Source: the human T2T-CHM13v2.0 reference genome, Homo sapiens. From it: a stretch of DNA of 64,000 bases. The notes beneath the pieces are model-generated. The model was not told where the DNA came from, searched no databases, and was given only the letters and a program-made list of their open reading frames with translations. Every line of letters begins with the position of its first letter. Positions within the stretch are counted from its first letter, which is position 1. The translations under genes were made by a program, and so were the position numbers. Below, piece after piece: positions 28,901 to 45,691 of this stretch. Location: assembly GCF_009914755.1 (NCBI RefSeq), contig NC_060945.1; one strand, 5' to 3'.

Positions 28901-31900
28901 GAAGGAGAGAGCGTTCCTGCCCACCTGGAAGTCTCCTTCCAACTTGTTGATCTCAGAACCCTGATGTGCTCTGGGGAGAAGAGTGTGTAGCGGGTGGGGG
29001 CACGCTCAGGGTTGCCTGCCTGGATGGCATCTCGGTGGTGGTGGTTGAGTTTTTACTGTCTTACAGCACAGATGGTGGAAAATCATAGCCATGACAGTTG
29101 GTGAAGCGTCACTCAAACATGCAGCCTATCTGGTAACAGCAGAAGGCAATGTGTGGGGAAATGCCAAAGTGACAGAGACCAACAGATCAGTCAGGAGTCG
29201 GGAAGGGAGTCAGTCTGGGCCTCAGTGAGGACAAAGATGTTCTGGAGGAGATGGGGCAGGTGAGGTGCCCTGAAGAATGGCAGGATTCGGGGATGTGGTG
29301 GGGAGGAGAGGAAGGAACTTTCTGGGTAGGCATCCAGCATGGACCAAAGCTTGTGGGCAGGACTGGTCATGGGTGTTCAGAGATCAAGCAGGAAGATCTG
29401 CAGCATTCACCCACCTCAGTGTCCAGCCTCCCTCCTGTTCGTTGGCTTGACTTTTTGGTCATTTCAGAGCAAGAATGAGCTTCGGAAGAATGGAGCACCT
29501 TGTGGCCCAGAACAAGGCAGGGAGGCATGGCTAGAGAAGGAGACAGGAAACTGGTGGTTCCATGGTCTCCATAGGTATCAGGCCTCCCTGGCATCAGCTG
29601 ACCTGAAATAGCAACACCTGCTTCTTCGGCCACTTTCCTCCAAAGGTGACATATTCAGACAGGTTCTACCAGGAGTGCAGGGCTAAGGGAACCTATGCAG
29701 TGCAGTCCCTGGACTCTCTGAAGGCCAAAGTATCAACAGTGAGCACATTGGGTCTTCACACGTCACTCAAGGTCACATAGAGGGGATTCAAACTCAGGCT
29801 GGAGTGTAGCCAGAAGTCCAGGTTGCCTATGCTCATTGCTATTCACCGTCTGTCACTCTGCTGCCTCTGAAAAGTTGTCCTTTTGTTTCTCTGGGATTGT
29901 CAACTGATGTACATACAGAGATACAAGGGTGGCTGAGCTACAAATGATTTATACTACAAGAAACAGACTGGCGCAACCTCATCTCTGGTAAGTCCTCAGT
30001 CTCAAATGAAATAAACAGCATATGGATTTTCCCTGTTGTGTCGCTGAGGCCAAATTAGGAGTCAGCAATGGGGCTTAGTGCTTAAATAAGTTGTGTATGG
30101 ATGAGAAGGATAGGGCTGCCCATTCCTTGTTTGAGTGACTGCTGGCACCTAAATGCCTCCCGGCTCAGGTAAGAGCCTACCTGATCACAAACAGAGCTGG
30201 GAGATTTGTCGAGTTACTCAAGCCCCCAAGACATGGCCACTACATGTGTGAGATTTTCTTAGCTCTTCTACACAGGCTCCTTACTGTTGGCTCTCGCAGT
30301 AAAGAGTGGTTTTTGATAACTCTGGGAAGCTCTTTTCCTGACTCCTACCCTATGGGCCTCCACGTCGTGTGGTCCTGCAATAGAAAGTCATTTCAGGGTG
30401 GCTTTGACTAAGTAATGATCCTTCAGAGCGATCATCACCCTTGAGGGGTGCCAGCCTGTACCCAGAAGTACTCCTGCCCGGGGCCGCCTCATGTCAGGGC
30501 CTCTTGAGAACTGGATTTGCAAAGTGTCTGCAGACGTAAGTCCTGGTGGCCTGCTCTGTCTGCTCTGATCACAGGGGACAGGAAGGCTGAACCAGGACAG
30601 AACAGTTTGCGGTTTCATCAATGAATAATATGGAGCTGGGGACAAAGTCCCCTCTACTTTCTGCGGCTGTCACTGAAATGTCAGCAGTGGAGGGAAAACC
30701 AGAAGAGAAAACCTCTCACTGACAGGCGCCCTCAGTGTGCAAAGAGCTCAAGTTTCAGTGCTGGGGTGGGGTGGGGGCTGCGCCCCTGCCTATTCACCCC
30801 ACTCCTCCCCTGGGCTGCTCCACTCCCATGATGACTGGGAATTTATCCTACAACAGGCCACGAGCTCCTTGTTCTGCAGTAGGAAATTATCCTTCATAAG
30901 AGGGCAACCGTTAGTATTGTTTGTTTGTTTTTTAATTTCCAAAAGTAAGGAGAAGTTTATTAAATAAGAGCGGGGGAAGGGAGGAGGGAGAAGGAGAGGG
31001 AAAGGGCCCGAGAGGCAGCTGACCCCAGCATTTCCCGTCTCCCCTTGGCTTCTCCCATCCCCCTTGTCCCAGACCCCCCTCCTTCTGGTTCTGAATGTGA
31101 AAAATAAGCAGCCTGCACCTCCTCGACTGGAGATGTGTCTAACAAGGCCCTCATTGTCTCAGACAGGTGTGAGATTGGACTTGATTCGGGGCCAACACCT
31201 CCAGTACCGGAGCCAGCTCTGTGAGCCGAAAACATGCACCAGCCCTCCAGTAATACCACTGCAGCCAGCCAGAGACTCAACAATTTAAGGCTTAACACAC
31301 ACAACATAAATCAGAGGAGGATGGACCAGCCGACCGGCAGCTTCTTGGGCAGATGCCTGCAGACTGTCTGCAGATCATACCCTGCCTGTTTGGGTTATTT
31401 GAGACTCTTTTTCTGTAATATAAAGATGAGAAACTGGGTGGAGCAGCGTGCAGAGGCACACGGGTGTTTGTCCTGTCTTGTTCCAACAGCCCCTCTTTCG
31501 CCTAAGTGCTGTTTTGAAGGGACTGCTCAGGACGGTTCACATTGCTACATCCAAATCCTAGGAATGTGTCCAAGCTGGGGAGGAGGGGAAAGGAAAGCTG
31601 AGCGCTCTGATATGGGCGGTATCTGTGTGACCCTGGGCAAGTCTCTTAACCTCTCTGGGCTCATCCATCTAACGAGGGGTCTAGTTTTCTGCGATTCACT
31701 CATCTCTAATGCTCAGAAGTTCAAAGTCACTGTAAGAAGTGCCCAAGTCAGAGGAGGTCATTACACTTGGGAGGAAACTCACAGCACCATTGAATGCTGT
31801 TTCTGAGTGGATCCATGTCTTTGAGCAAGAAAAGTCTCTCCTCCTCATACCTGTTCTTTAGAAACTTGTGGTTCTCAGACTGCTGAGGCAAGCCCAGAGC

Positions 31901-32791
31901 TCGAGCCCCCGGGAGTGTGGTCATGACATGGCAAGAGCCACACGCTATGGGAGGCGAAGATGGAGATGACAGGTCTGCACTGCTAGTTACTGCCATGCTC
32001 CAGTCCCTCTTCCTAATCAATTCTTAGATAAGTTTCATTGAGGAGGGAGGATTACCAAGTCACCAAGTCTTAGTGAAGGGAGGGGGCCCAGAAGCCACCC
32101 GTCAATGCGGGAGCCCCCACTCTGGTGCCTCTGAAAGAAGGGCATTTGGTCTCTGCAAATTCCTGTGACATTCCAGGGTAGCTTTTGGCCCTGCCATTCG
32201 TCACCCTGACCCTGAATTCATGGACAAGGACGTGGCCGTCACAGGGATGCCTTCATCTGGTCCCAGCTCTCTCCCTCTCATAGCCGTGTACTCTGTTGGG
32301 AGCAATTGGCATGAAGTTTGGCAGTGGCATCCTGAACCGGGATGACAGGACCATCAGTCAGCACCAGCCTCCCGCCCCTCCTGGCCTCGGCCTGCCAAAG
32401 CCTCGTATTCCCACAGCTGTGGCTCCAGCCTCTGCCCTGTCACACTCGCACACCTGTTTGCCATCCTGCTTCTGGCCCGCCAGCCCAAGCCACAGCCCCC
32501 AAGCAGGCTTAAAGGGCCGGGCTTGTGGGAGGAATCGGCACAGGATGGTATTTACTCAAAATCACACAGGACGGTGAAACTTGGTTAAAAGAAATCCTTT
32601 TGTAGCTGCTTCATTAAAAACACCAAAGAGGCTGACCATTCACATTTGTTGAATGCATCCAATTCATGCAAGTAATGGGACAGGTCAGGGTTCACCCTTG
32701 CCTGCTACCCACGTGGGCTTTGTGCTCAGGAAGTGACCTGTCGGTCTCCTGTAGCTGGTTGTCCCCAACAGGGAGCAGGGCTGGGGTGCCG

Positions 32792-32951
32792 GGTGGGGCT
32801 GCGGAGGGTGGGCATGGCTTTGAGGAGGATATCCCTTCCTTGCTGGGTGGGGCTGAGTAGAATGGGCGTGGCTTTGAGGAGGATTTCCCTTCCTTGCTGA
32901 GTGGGGCTGAGGAGGGTAGGTGTGGCTTTGAGGAGGACTTCCCTTCCTTGC
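32792..32951. repeat. 54-bp tandem repeat, 3 copies
   Basis: Units start at 32792, 32846 and 32900: GGTGGGGCTG..GGCTTTGAGGAGGA..TCCCTTCCTTGC. Confidence 0.92.
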
Positions 32952-32973
32952 ATGCTTTAAGAATCCCTCCTCC

Positions 32974-33262
32974 AGCCAGGCATGGTGGCTCATGCCTGTA
33001 ATCTCAGCACTTTGGGAGGCCGAGGCGGGCGGATCACCTGTGGTCAGGAGTTCGAGACGAGCCTGGCCAACATGCTGAAACCCCATCTGTACTAAAAATA
33101 CAAATATATATATTAGCTGGGGGTGGTGGCAGACTCTGTAATCCCGACTCTGTAATCCCGGCTACTCGGGAGGCTGAGGCAGGAGAATCCCCTGAACCCG
33201 GGAGGTAGAGGTTGCAGTGAGCCTGGGTGACAAGAGTGAAACACCGTCTCAAAAAAAAAAAA
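32974..33262 (+). mobile_element. Alu (AluSp/Sq-like) with an internal duplication and a deletion
   Basis: Alu dimer; degenerate TSD AAG(A/C)ATC(C/A)CTCCTCC. Confidence 0.93.
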
Positions 33263-33879
33263 GCATCACTCCTCCTTAGCACGAATTCAACCTTTTAAAA
33301 ATGGAGACTCAGAAGCAGCACATGATACTGAACCCAACCATGGGACCTAGCATCTCCCTGAGATGGTGTATTTCCAGAAAAAGGCAGTGTGACGTACAGC
33401 ATGGTTCAGTGCCCAAGTGAATGATCCACACCAACCCTAGAGACTGTTCTGAGGCTACCTCTGAGGCAGACCCGAACCAGCCAATGGGAAGAGCACTGGG
33501 CCAGGAGCCAGAAAACCTGGATGTTAGGTCTGCCTCTAGTTCGGAAAATCACTGAAACTCCCTGGGCCTCGAGTGTCTCATGAGTAAAATATAGGGCTTT
33601 GAGCAAAGAAGTTTAAGGTCCTTTCAACTTTAACAGTTTACCATTTGGTCTTGTGGAACAGTGGTTATGGGAAGGTCTCCTGTTTGGGTTTATCCAAGGA
33701 AACAAAACTCAAATGAAAATACCACTAAAACCACCAATACCTTTATCCACTCTGGGGCTCCCGAGGAATAAGGAGACACCGGGGGAATTATCGCAGAGTA
33801 GCTGTGTGACTTGGAGAGGACCGATGGGTACAACTAACTGGTGATACAACAATGCCGCCAATAAGAGCACATAAATAGC

Positions 33880-34095
33880 AATAATAGTGAAAAAGAATAA
33901 CATTGACCATTTATTAAGTATTGAAAGTGTACCGGGATCCATGCTAAATATTTGATAAAAATATATCTCAAAGACTTTGTGAAGGATTAATAAATACACA
34001 CAATGCTTCCCATGTGCTGTGCATCAAGTGATTTCTGCAGGCTAACTCATTTAATCCTCACAATTGTCCCATGTGTTAGGAACTATTATTGTTAC
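33880..34095 (-). mobile_element. MIR/L2 fragments within the RUNX1a 3'UTR
   Basis: CATTTATTAAGTATTGAAAGTGTACCGGG (MIR/L2 tail-like) and CTCATTTAATCCTCACAA...AGGAACTATTATT (MIR core). Confidence 0.6.
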
Positions 34096-34273
34096 GACGG
34101 TTTGCAGAGGGGGAGAAGGGACACGGAGGAATTACAGACCCACATTCTGCCTTCCTCATAACGTGCATTCTGAGGGCTGCCATCTTTCTTCTGAGTCTCT
34201 TCTGAGGATGAGATGGAAAAGATAGCTCTATCCTGGCTGGGGAGAGGGATGGACAGAAGAACTGACTTCTGCC
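33880..34273 (-). other. RUNX1: RUNX1a 3'UTR with poly(A) signal (3' end approximate)
   Basis: AATAAA on the minus strand at 33915-33910, ~360 nt after the exon 7A stop, followed by U-rich sequence. Confidence 0.75.
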
Positions 34274-34302
34274 TTAACATCTCCAGGGTGCTGTGTCTTC
34301 CT
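34274..34302 (-). CDS. RUNX1: RUNX1a (AML1a) alternative terminal exon 7A, coding part
   Basis: After a CAG acceptor (34305-34303) it reads (G)AG GAA GAC ACA GCA CCC TGG AGA TGT TAA = EEDTAPWRC*, the known RUNX1a C-terminus, in phase with the exon 7 donor. Confidence 0.95.
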
Positions 34303-35958
34303 CTGAGGGAGCCATGTGTGACCAGGGAGAAAGTTCGAAAATAAGGACAATTCTTTATAGAGCCGCGAATGCATTCCCCTCCCCTACCCCAAGGCGTGAA
34401 AGAATCAAATGAGGAAATCAGGAAGAGATTCTGGAATAGGAATAACAAGATTTCCCTTCCCTTCCACTGAATTGGCCATCAGTAATTTTGCACAAATTCA
34501 ATTTTGAAGTCATGCTTCGTAATTTGTGGTAAATCATATTAAATTAAACAGATCCATGTCTGGGCAACGGCTTCTCTCATTTAGGAACATATGGTGGCTC
34601 AGAGCCTCTCACACAGCAGAACTATAAAGGCTCCTTCCAAATAAGCAGCAGAGTGAGGGGCTCTGGGGCAACCCTACTGGTTTTCCTGAGAATGTTAGTT
34701 AGGGGTGACCATTAATTCACGGGAACTGCAGTATCCAGAATGACAGAATGTTAGTGTTGAAGACAACCTGGTTAATCACTTACATGATAGATGAGGGACT
34801 GGGACTTGGTGGTAAAGGAAACAGTGCTGGGTCACGTGAAAACAAAGCAGACACCACAGGCAGGACCTTCCGGGCAATGCTTCCCCCTAACCATGTCATG
34901 CACCTACAGGTGACTGGTGGTGGGGATTCAATGAACCAGCAACATTGGTCTGTTCTATAAATACGAGCTATCATTATTTTATTACTCCCTTCAGTAAACA
35001 TGTGAACCAGGCAATGTCCTTGTCATAATCTTGCTGTCATAACTGCTCTGTGATAACCCAGGTATAGACACAATCACAAACAAAGGCTATCATTTTAAAA
35101 CGGGGAAGTGGGTGAGTCTCATGCTTCAAAAGCTTCTGCATTCATCTTTAAGATACCAGCCTTGTTGGACGACCAACAGAAGCGCATCTTAAAACTCAGG
35201 CAGTTATGGCTGTTCCACATAGCGGGTGATTTACAACAAAGTATAGATGAAGATTAACCGGCCTTGAGATGAGAGAGCTAAATAAACCACTTAGTGGGCA
35301 GAAAGGCCAAGTCGAGCCCTTGAGCTTGTGCTGACTTTTACAGATATTTTAATAACTTTATCATTATATAATTTGCTATCTGATATGTGCGGAGAGATGC
35401 ACTAATGGAGTGAGAGTGGCCACAACAGTGTTATAATCCCGCGAGACTTAATCAAACCACCATGTTCGTGTCCCTCATGTGACCTGCAACTCCAGGAAGT
35501 GCAATCCCTAGTCACATTATTTCTTCCTCCCTTTTTATCTTGAGATGTTCTTTAAAAAAATCCCAAAGCAACTGGACATATGTAGTCCTTCCAGTGATAT
35601 AAAGAGGAACTGGCACAGCATAAGCTCTCTGGGTCTTGGATCTGGCTTTAGAATGACTCAGGTTGAACACATAAAGCCGTAAGGTAAAGAGGACATCATC
35701 CATAGCAGGAACTGGCAATTTACAGGGCTGGGAGACTTAACCGTCCCAGACGGGTGAGCTCCTGATACTCAAGTTAGCGCTGACTCAGCGAGGGCCTTGA
35801 GGCTTGACTCACAGATCTTCCCTAGGGATGCTTTGCTTTTATGACATCAACTGAAGGATCCTGCAGTGTCCTCCATACTTCCAGGAGGATTGAGCTGGAC
35901 ATTATAGTGGCCCAAGTCTTATTAAACGGAACTGATGATGTTGACTTACGGAGGCTAA

Positions 35959-36384
<426 letters not shown>

Positions 36385-38269
36385 TGACATGAGACACACA
36401 GGTCAGAATCGCCATCTCCTCTTCCCTCTGCCCATACTGATTCCCTCCAGGAAAGAAAGTAGGGAATTTCATCTTTAAGAACAAGAATCCCCTTCCAAAA
36501 AGGTTAATTCCCATAACAGGATCTACGGAGATCAGAATTGGAAGACACTTTTCAAAATCTTGAAACCCTATTGAGAAAGTTCTAAACCCTAAAAATGACC
36601 CTAAGGTTGTATGGAATAATGATGGTGCCCAGGATTGTGGCATCCTGTGTCTGGAGGCAGTGGCTGTCTTTTCTGCCCAATCTTTCCTATCCATGATTCA
36701 GTCAACATTTAGTCAAACATTCAGTCAAGCATTTAGTGCCATTGTTCTATTTTTTCTTAAAACAGAAAATAGTCTATTCCATGCCATTTAGGGGAGCGTG
36801 AACTGGCTAAAACTCAACCTGAAGACTTTCCATAGCTTGCTAATCAGAAATCACCTGAATTAGAGGTGGTACATTCTTCCCCTATCAATTCTCAGGAGTG
36901 CAAAGAGAGACAAAAAATAAACATGGTTGGCCAATGTTTGTTTTTAGGGTGAGTTCTATACTATTTTTCTATTATTATTTTGCTTTATTTACTGTGGTTG
37001 GTAACTGAATCTCTAACATCAAAACATGAGATGTTCTGCCAGAAAGAGATTACAGAAGAAAAGCCTATGAAAAGAAACTGGGTTTGTCAGTGAAGATTTT
37101 ATTTACAGGAGTTTTGCAATCGGTATCTTTAATCTCCATAACAATTGGGCTATTCTACTGCTTTGAAGGCAATTGTTCAATAATGAGAAGGTCCCTGTGA
37201 GGCTAAGGCTTGGAAGGAAGAATGTAACAGGGCTGGTGACAATTGAGGCAGGTGAAACCCTCTGCCTCTGTCAATTTCCCCTAAAGGTCAGGGTGGGGTG
37301 TTCTGAGGGCCAGAGAGAAATAAGCAAAGACACAGGTAATGAAAGTCCCTCCGCATCATTTAAATCACAAATACTGGATTTTAAAGAGCCCTAAAATAAC
37401 TGAATTCGAGTGGGCCTGAATTTCTGTTCCATAAGGCAAGGAAAAATCATGTAGATGAGTAAAACCAACTCAGTCTGGAGAACTATGCCTAATAAGAAAA
37501 CCCAAGCAGTAGCTTTCTAAGTAGAGCTGTTTTTCATATTAGCATATATTGTTTGTTCTTCTCTCAATACAAACTTGTGGTAAACTTTGATACTACTTCA
37601 TGACTACAGTAAAAGTTTCTTTTTTAAATGTCCAAATTTGAAAGACTATCTTCAGGCGATTTGTAAATCACCATCCTTTAGAAATGGGTGTGTAGTCAAC
37701 AATGCCTGGCAATCAAGTCACTTTTTTAAAAGGCAGCTTGCTTCAAAACAACAGTGACATGCCTGGCTTTGGGAGGTCAAATTCTTGAGTCCATCCCAAC
37801 TGTCTGGCTTTGGTCATCATGTCATCTTTTGTTCCCATTTTTCTGTTCCTACCATCTAAGCTGTCATGAGCTTTTGGAGGCTAGGACAAGAGGCACCTGG
37901 GCCTCCTGTTTCCCCATCTGGCACTGCTCCCGGGACACAGGGAAGAGAGCTCTTTCTCTATCACTGTCAGGACCTCTGATTCCATCGGTATAGGTGCTCT
38001 AGAAAATATTAAGGAAATATCTGATCTCATCTAAAAAAAATCATACATTTTTCTGGCTGGGAAATAAAAATACTATGATGTTGCGTTCAAACAAATGATG
38101 GACTGAGGTTATAGTAACACGATTGGGGCATTTGTGCATGAGATGTTCAGTTCACATTTACCTGTCTACCATGTTTGTTCTGGGGGATGGACTTGGGAGA
38201 GTTATCTCTGGACTCACCTGCTGTGCCTGGTCAATGGTCTGATGTCCCCTGTCTTTTGTACAAAGATAC

Positions 38270-38697
38270 AGCAGTTTGAACGGTGGCTCCAGAACCATTT
38301 CCTCACCCCCAGAACTGTGAATGTGACCTTATTTGGAAAAGGGCCTTTGAAGCTATAATTAAGTGAAGGATTTTGAGTTCATCATGAATTACCTGGGTGG
38401 GTCTAAATATAGTAACATGTATCCTTAGACAAAAGAGATGACACAAAGGAGGCCATATAAAGAGGGAAGAAGAAGTTGGAATGATACAGTCTGATACAGT
38501 CACAAGCCAAGGAATGCCACCAGTGGCTGGAAGAGATAAGGAAGTATCCTCCCCTAGAGGCTTCAGAGAATGTATGGTCTTGCCAACACTTTGATTTTGG
38601 ACTTCTGGCCTCCAGAACTAAGAGAGAATACATTTCTGTTGTTTTAAGCCACCAAGTTTGTGGTTATTTGTTAAAACAGCCACAGGAAACTAATATA
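38270..38697 (+). mobile_element. MLT1-family (ERVL-MaLR) solo LTR
   Basis: TGTGAATGTGACCTTATTTGGAAA, CAAGCCAAGGAATGCC, GACTTCTGGCCTCCAGAACT, ending GGAAACTAATA. Confidence 0.85.
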
Positions 38698-38701
38698 CTT
38701 G

Positions 38702-41516
<2,815 letters not shown>

Positions 41517-41539
41517 ACTTGATATTATTGATGTTGATC

Positions 41540-41720
41540 ATAACAGCTAACAGTTTTTGAGTGTTAACCATGGGCTGGCTCTAATGTCCACTGCTTTATG
41601 TTTCACAGTGGTCCTAGGATCTGCTAGTATAATTATTACTCGTCTTTTGCAGATAAGAAAACTAAGGCTTTAAAAGGTTAAGTAACTTGCCAAAAGTCCT
41701 ATAGTGAATGTGGTAGAAAC
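41540..41720. mobile_element. MIR
   Basis: TTTTGCAGATAAGAAAACTAAGGCT...GGTTAAGTAACTTGCCAAAAGTC. Confidence 0.7.
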
Positions 41721-44700
41721 TAAGGTAGTCTGCCTGTTGAGCCCTCATTCTTTCTTAGCCACTATGATCTGCTATCTTTCTTGGCTATTAGATTCCCAGC
41801 TCAAGCCTTCTGATATGTAGCCATCAATATCAAATACATGCTCCAACTACAACTTTGCTGAAACTATTAATCTTCCAAATGAAACCTTTTAGTGCATGGG
41901 TGTGCTGGCCTACATATTTACAAGCATAAGGGGAAAGTTCAGAACATATGCAGTCTACAGAAGAAATATTTCATCACTAAGATCAAGCCCTGCAGTGAAT
42001 CTCTGCAGTCATCCCACTGGTTTTCATTTCTTCTCTCTCTCTCCCTTCTTTCCTTTAATTATTTTTATTTATTCCTGTGAACACCTGATTCAGGCTTGTT
42101 GTCGGGGTAAGATTATAATGCTATAGACCTGGAAAGGCTCTCATACCCTACTACACCTTGTTAAAAGCTATTTTTAAATGAAATCATTCACCTGTCATGT
42201 TTATAGCCTATTATATAAATTAATTTCTCACATTCTGAATATGTTACTTTGTGTAACCATTAAATGACCATTTATAGATTCACATATGAGGATTTCTGGT
42301 GTTTGATTGTAGCCTCCACTTTCAAGGTAATCAAATAGTCCCTACTCCCTTTGTTTTCAAACTTCAAATTGCTAGAAGAGTAAGGAAGAGAGGGAAGGAG
42401 AGGGAGAGAGAAAGGAAAGCAATGCAATGCAGTTGGATATTTTACCTCCAAGGCTGGAAAGAGGATTTATCTCCTTCTCCTACAGGAAGGTGGAAAGGTT
42501 TTCTTCCTTTTGTCTATCCAGATGATAAAGAGAGAATCAGACGGACTTAAATAACTCTATACAACTGAGAAACAGGGTCATTTCAGTATCTCAGAGTTTT
42601 GCAGACAGCAGCACCAGAATATAGTCCTTCCTAAGTAACTTTAATTTTGGGGGAAAATAATTAGCAAGACAGAAGTTACTTGGAATACTAAAAATCAAGA
42701 GATGATTTGAGAGGTCAGGGACCCCTCTTGGCCATATGGAACACTCAAAGTGAGGCACGCATACTCATAAAAGTGGATTAGATGTTGACTGGGTTTGGAT
42801 GATAAGCACTTGGTCCCAATGAACTTCAAAAGTAGGAAGGCAATGGCCCCAATAAAGTAAACAGAGTGGCTGGTAAGCCTTCTCCCTGCTCATATACCCC
42901 CTCTTTCACTCTTATTTAGAGATTCATTATTCTGAGTTTTCTTTTCTCCCAAACTTTATAAACAAATGCACATGTACCAAAGGAGACAGTTTATTAAGGT
43001 GCCCACCACACAGCCTGGCCCCAAAATTCTTCTTATTATCAACATCTAATTATAATAGAACATGTTCAATATAAGAATGCCAAGTGAGTGGATAGCCCAA
43101 CACTTTTTCCATCCCTCCTTTGGTGATTGGGATTCTTCTCGACACTGGTCAGCCCTGTAGTAAATCGATCCTTGACCCAAGAGTGCACGCCCAGGGAACG
43201 GCCATCCCACTTGCACTGGCTTTGTAGCAAGGAAGGTCTGGGTTTGCGTCCAAGTTCATCACTTACAATCTTTGAGATACTGGGCAATTTTTAACCTCTG
43301 AATTTCGATTTCTCTGTCTATAAATGATACCACAGGATTGTTGAGGGAATGGAATAATATGTACAAATGTCTGACCCACGTCAAAATAGCTCACAACTGG
43401 TCCAGTTAAAGAGTTAAATCTTCTTCCTACATGCTTATGACAACCAGCATGCAGAAGAACAACAAAATGGGCTTCCTAGTTTATCTAGGTTTCAGTTTTC
43501 TGTACCAGCATCTATTACTCCATCCTCATATTCCCAGAAAGGAGGAAATTACGACACCTTAAATGTGATACATCATATTTGGTCAATCAGGGGTGAAATT
43601 TTAAAATCACTCACTCGGGTTGCCCAAACCCATCTCTAGGTGGGAGTTGTGACTGAACAGGCATCGGTACCACTAGCTCTAGAATCTGCCCTGTTCTATC
43701 TTTTGAAATAAATTAAAAAAGAATTCTAAGACTCGATCGTAGAAGTTAATGATGGTGTCCTGACTGGGAGAAACGTGTAGCCCAAGGGTCTACTCATGAC
43801 AAAATGGCTTTCTATTCTATTTCATGACAAAATGGCTTTACCAGTTTAAGACCTGGTAAAATAGGAAGTTGAAATAAACCTCAGCCCTTTAATAGTTAAG
43901 ACCCCAACAAATAAACAGTGGTTTAGTGGCATGACAACTTGCCCCCTCTCAATCTGTACCGTGCTTCAGATAATTTGAGATGTCTATTTTGAGTGACCCT
44001 CCAGCACATGTGATTCTAGGTAAGTATTGGTGCTATTCTATATCAGTATTTTCTTGCTGACAGAGTCAGAGGAGCTGGCATAACCCTTCTGACAAAGTCC
44101 TAGCAAGGTAGGGTTCCTGAGCCTTTCTATAAATCCCGGCAAACTCGCCAAACCCCCGGTTACTGACATTTCTGTAAAGCTGAAAAACATTCATGCATCT
44201 GGACAGCACCACTGTGGAACTACTCTGACAAATTGGATATTTTTCTGAAAACTACCACTGCCATTTCAAAGAAAGCCAGAAACACATGCTGTATTTCTTA
44301 AAGTATCTTCGTAAATATAACATAGAAATTTCAGGGCTGAGCCTGGAAAATAAGCATTTTCCTACTGTCAAGAACAAACTGAAGGTCTTGGCTGAACAAG
44401 ACTTGCATATTATACCTGTTAACTTTCCAATTTCAAGAGAAAAAGCCCAAGGGTCTACTCAAAACATGATTAGCGTAAAACAGCGTTTTCTTATAGGAAA
44501 GAAAGAACAAAAGGAAAAGGAAAAGTTGTTTCACATGAAAATATTCTGGATACTTATTTTTTAAAAGTTGTTCCTAAAATTTTACAAGTGAAGTACTGAA
44601 TATCAAATTCATATTTTGGAAAGAAAGAACACCAGCAATATAGTTCACACATTCTTTAGAGTAGCAACCAAGCCCGTAGGGAACTCTAAAAGCGAGTTAT

Positions 44701-45691
44701 GATTTCTTAAATGTTGCAGAAGTAAAAGTTTTCAAGAGGAACAAAAAAGGGGCGATGCTTAGTGTTAAACCTGATACTCTACTAAGCATATAGGTCTCCA
44801 AAGAGCTGACGAATGCCCATCACACGGTCCACAATAATGCTTTTGCCCAGGAGCTTCAGAGGATGAGAACTCAATGTGCAACTTCCCCCCATTTTTTTGT
44901 TTTTGTTGTTAAAGAGGCATATCTGATGAAGAAGGAAATCAGATTAGATTCACTCTTCACCAAGAAACAGAGCAACTCAATGGTGACAATATCAATTTTC
45001 CCCCATGTGGCTGAATTTTCCATTGCCTTTAAAAATGCTTAAGACTTTTTGTTCCCATATCAGCAGAAAAAGGCAAATCCCTTAATCAACCTAGTAGTAT
45101 AAATGGCCAGTTAGGCAACGAGAGACTAAGAAAACAGTCTTCCTTTTGATTTTACACATGAATAGATGATGTGAATTAGTTTTCTGAAGATTATGTGAAT
45201 TAGTTTAAATGACCTTAAAGGCAAGATGAAAGAATCTCCTTGAGAGTTGTATCCTCTTTGGAAGCAAAGTATTGTTTTGCCCCAAGCCCATCTCGCTCAC
45301 TGAACATACCATTTGACTTAATTTACCATATACGCTTGTATTTTGGAATTTAAAAAAAATCAATGTACACATTTTAAATCATTATTAATGATTATTATGT
45401 AACAGGAAACCAGTGGTTTCATGGATCCTCTTCCTAAATACACCTAAATGAACCTATAGATGACAGGCAGCCCCCCAAAACATCAAGCTTTAGGTTTCTG
45501 TTTGTTTACAAAAGGGTTACTCCACAGACAGGCCACTTAGCTGTGTGCATAGTATCTTCTGGAAAGATTTATTTGGAAATTTTCCAATCAAGTAGAAGAA
45601 CCTTCCCCAGAAACCTAACAGTGAGAGCTAATGGCATGGGCTGTCAAGCTCCATGGGAGACAGTGGGCATGCCTTTTGAGAACCCATGTTT

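Noticed and set aside
31234-31806. 190-aa + strand ORF
   Set aside because: No domain resemblance, and its 3' part runs through MIR-like sequence (VTLGKSLNLSGL).
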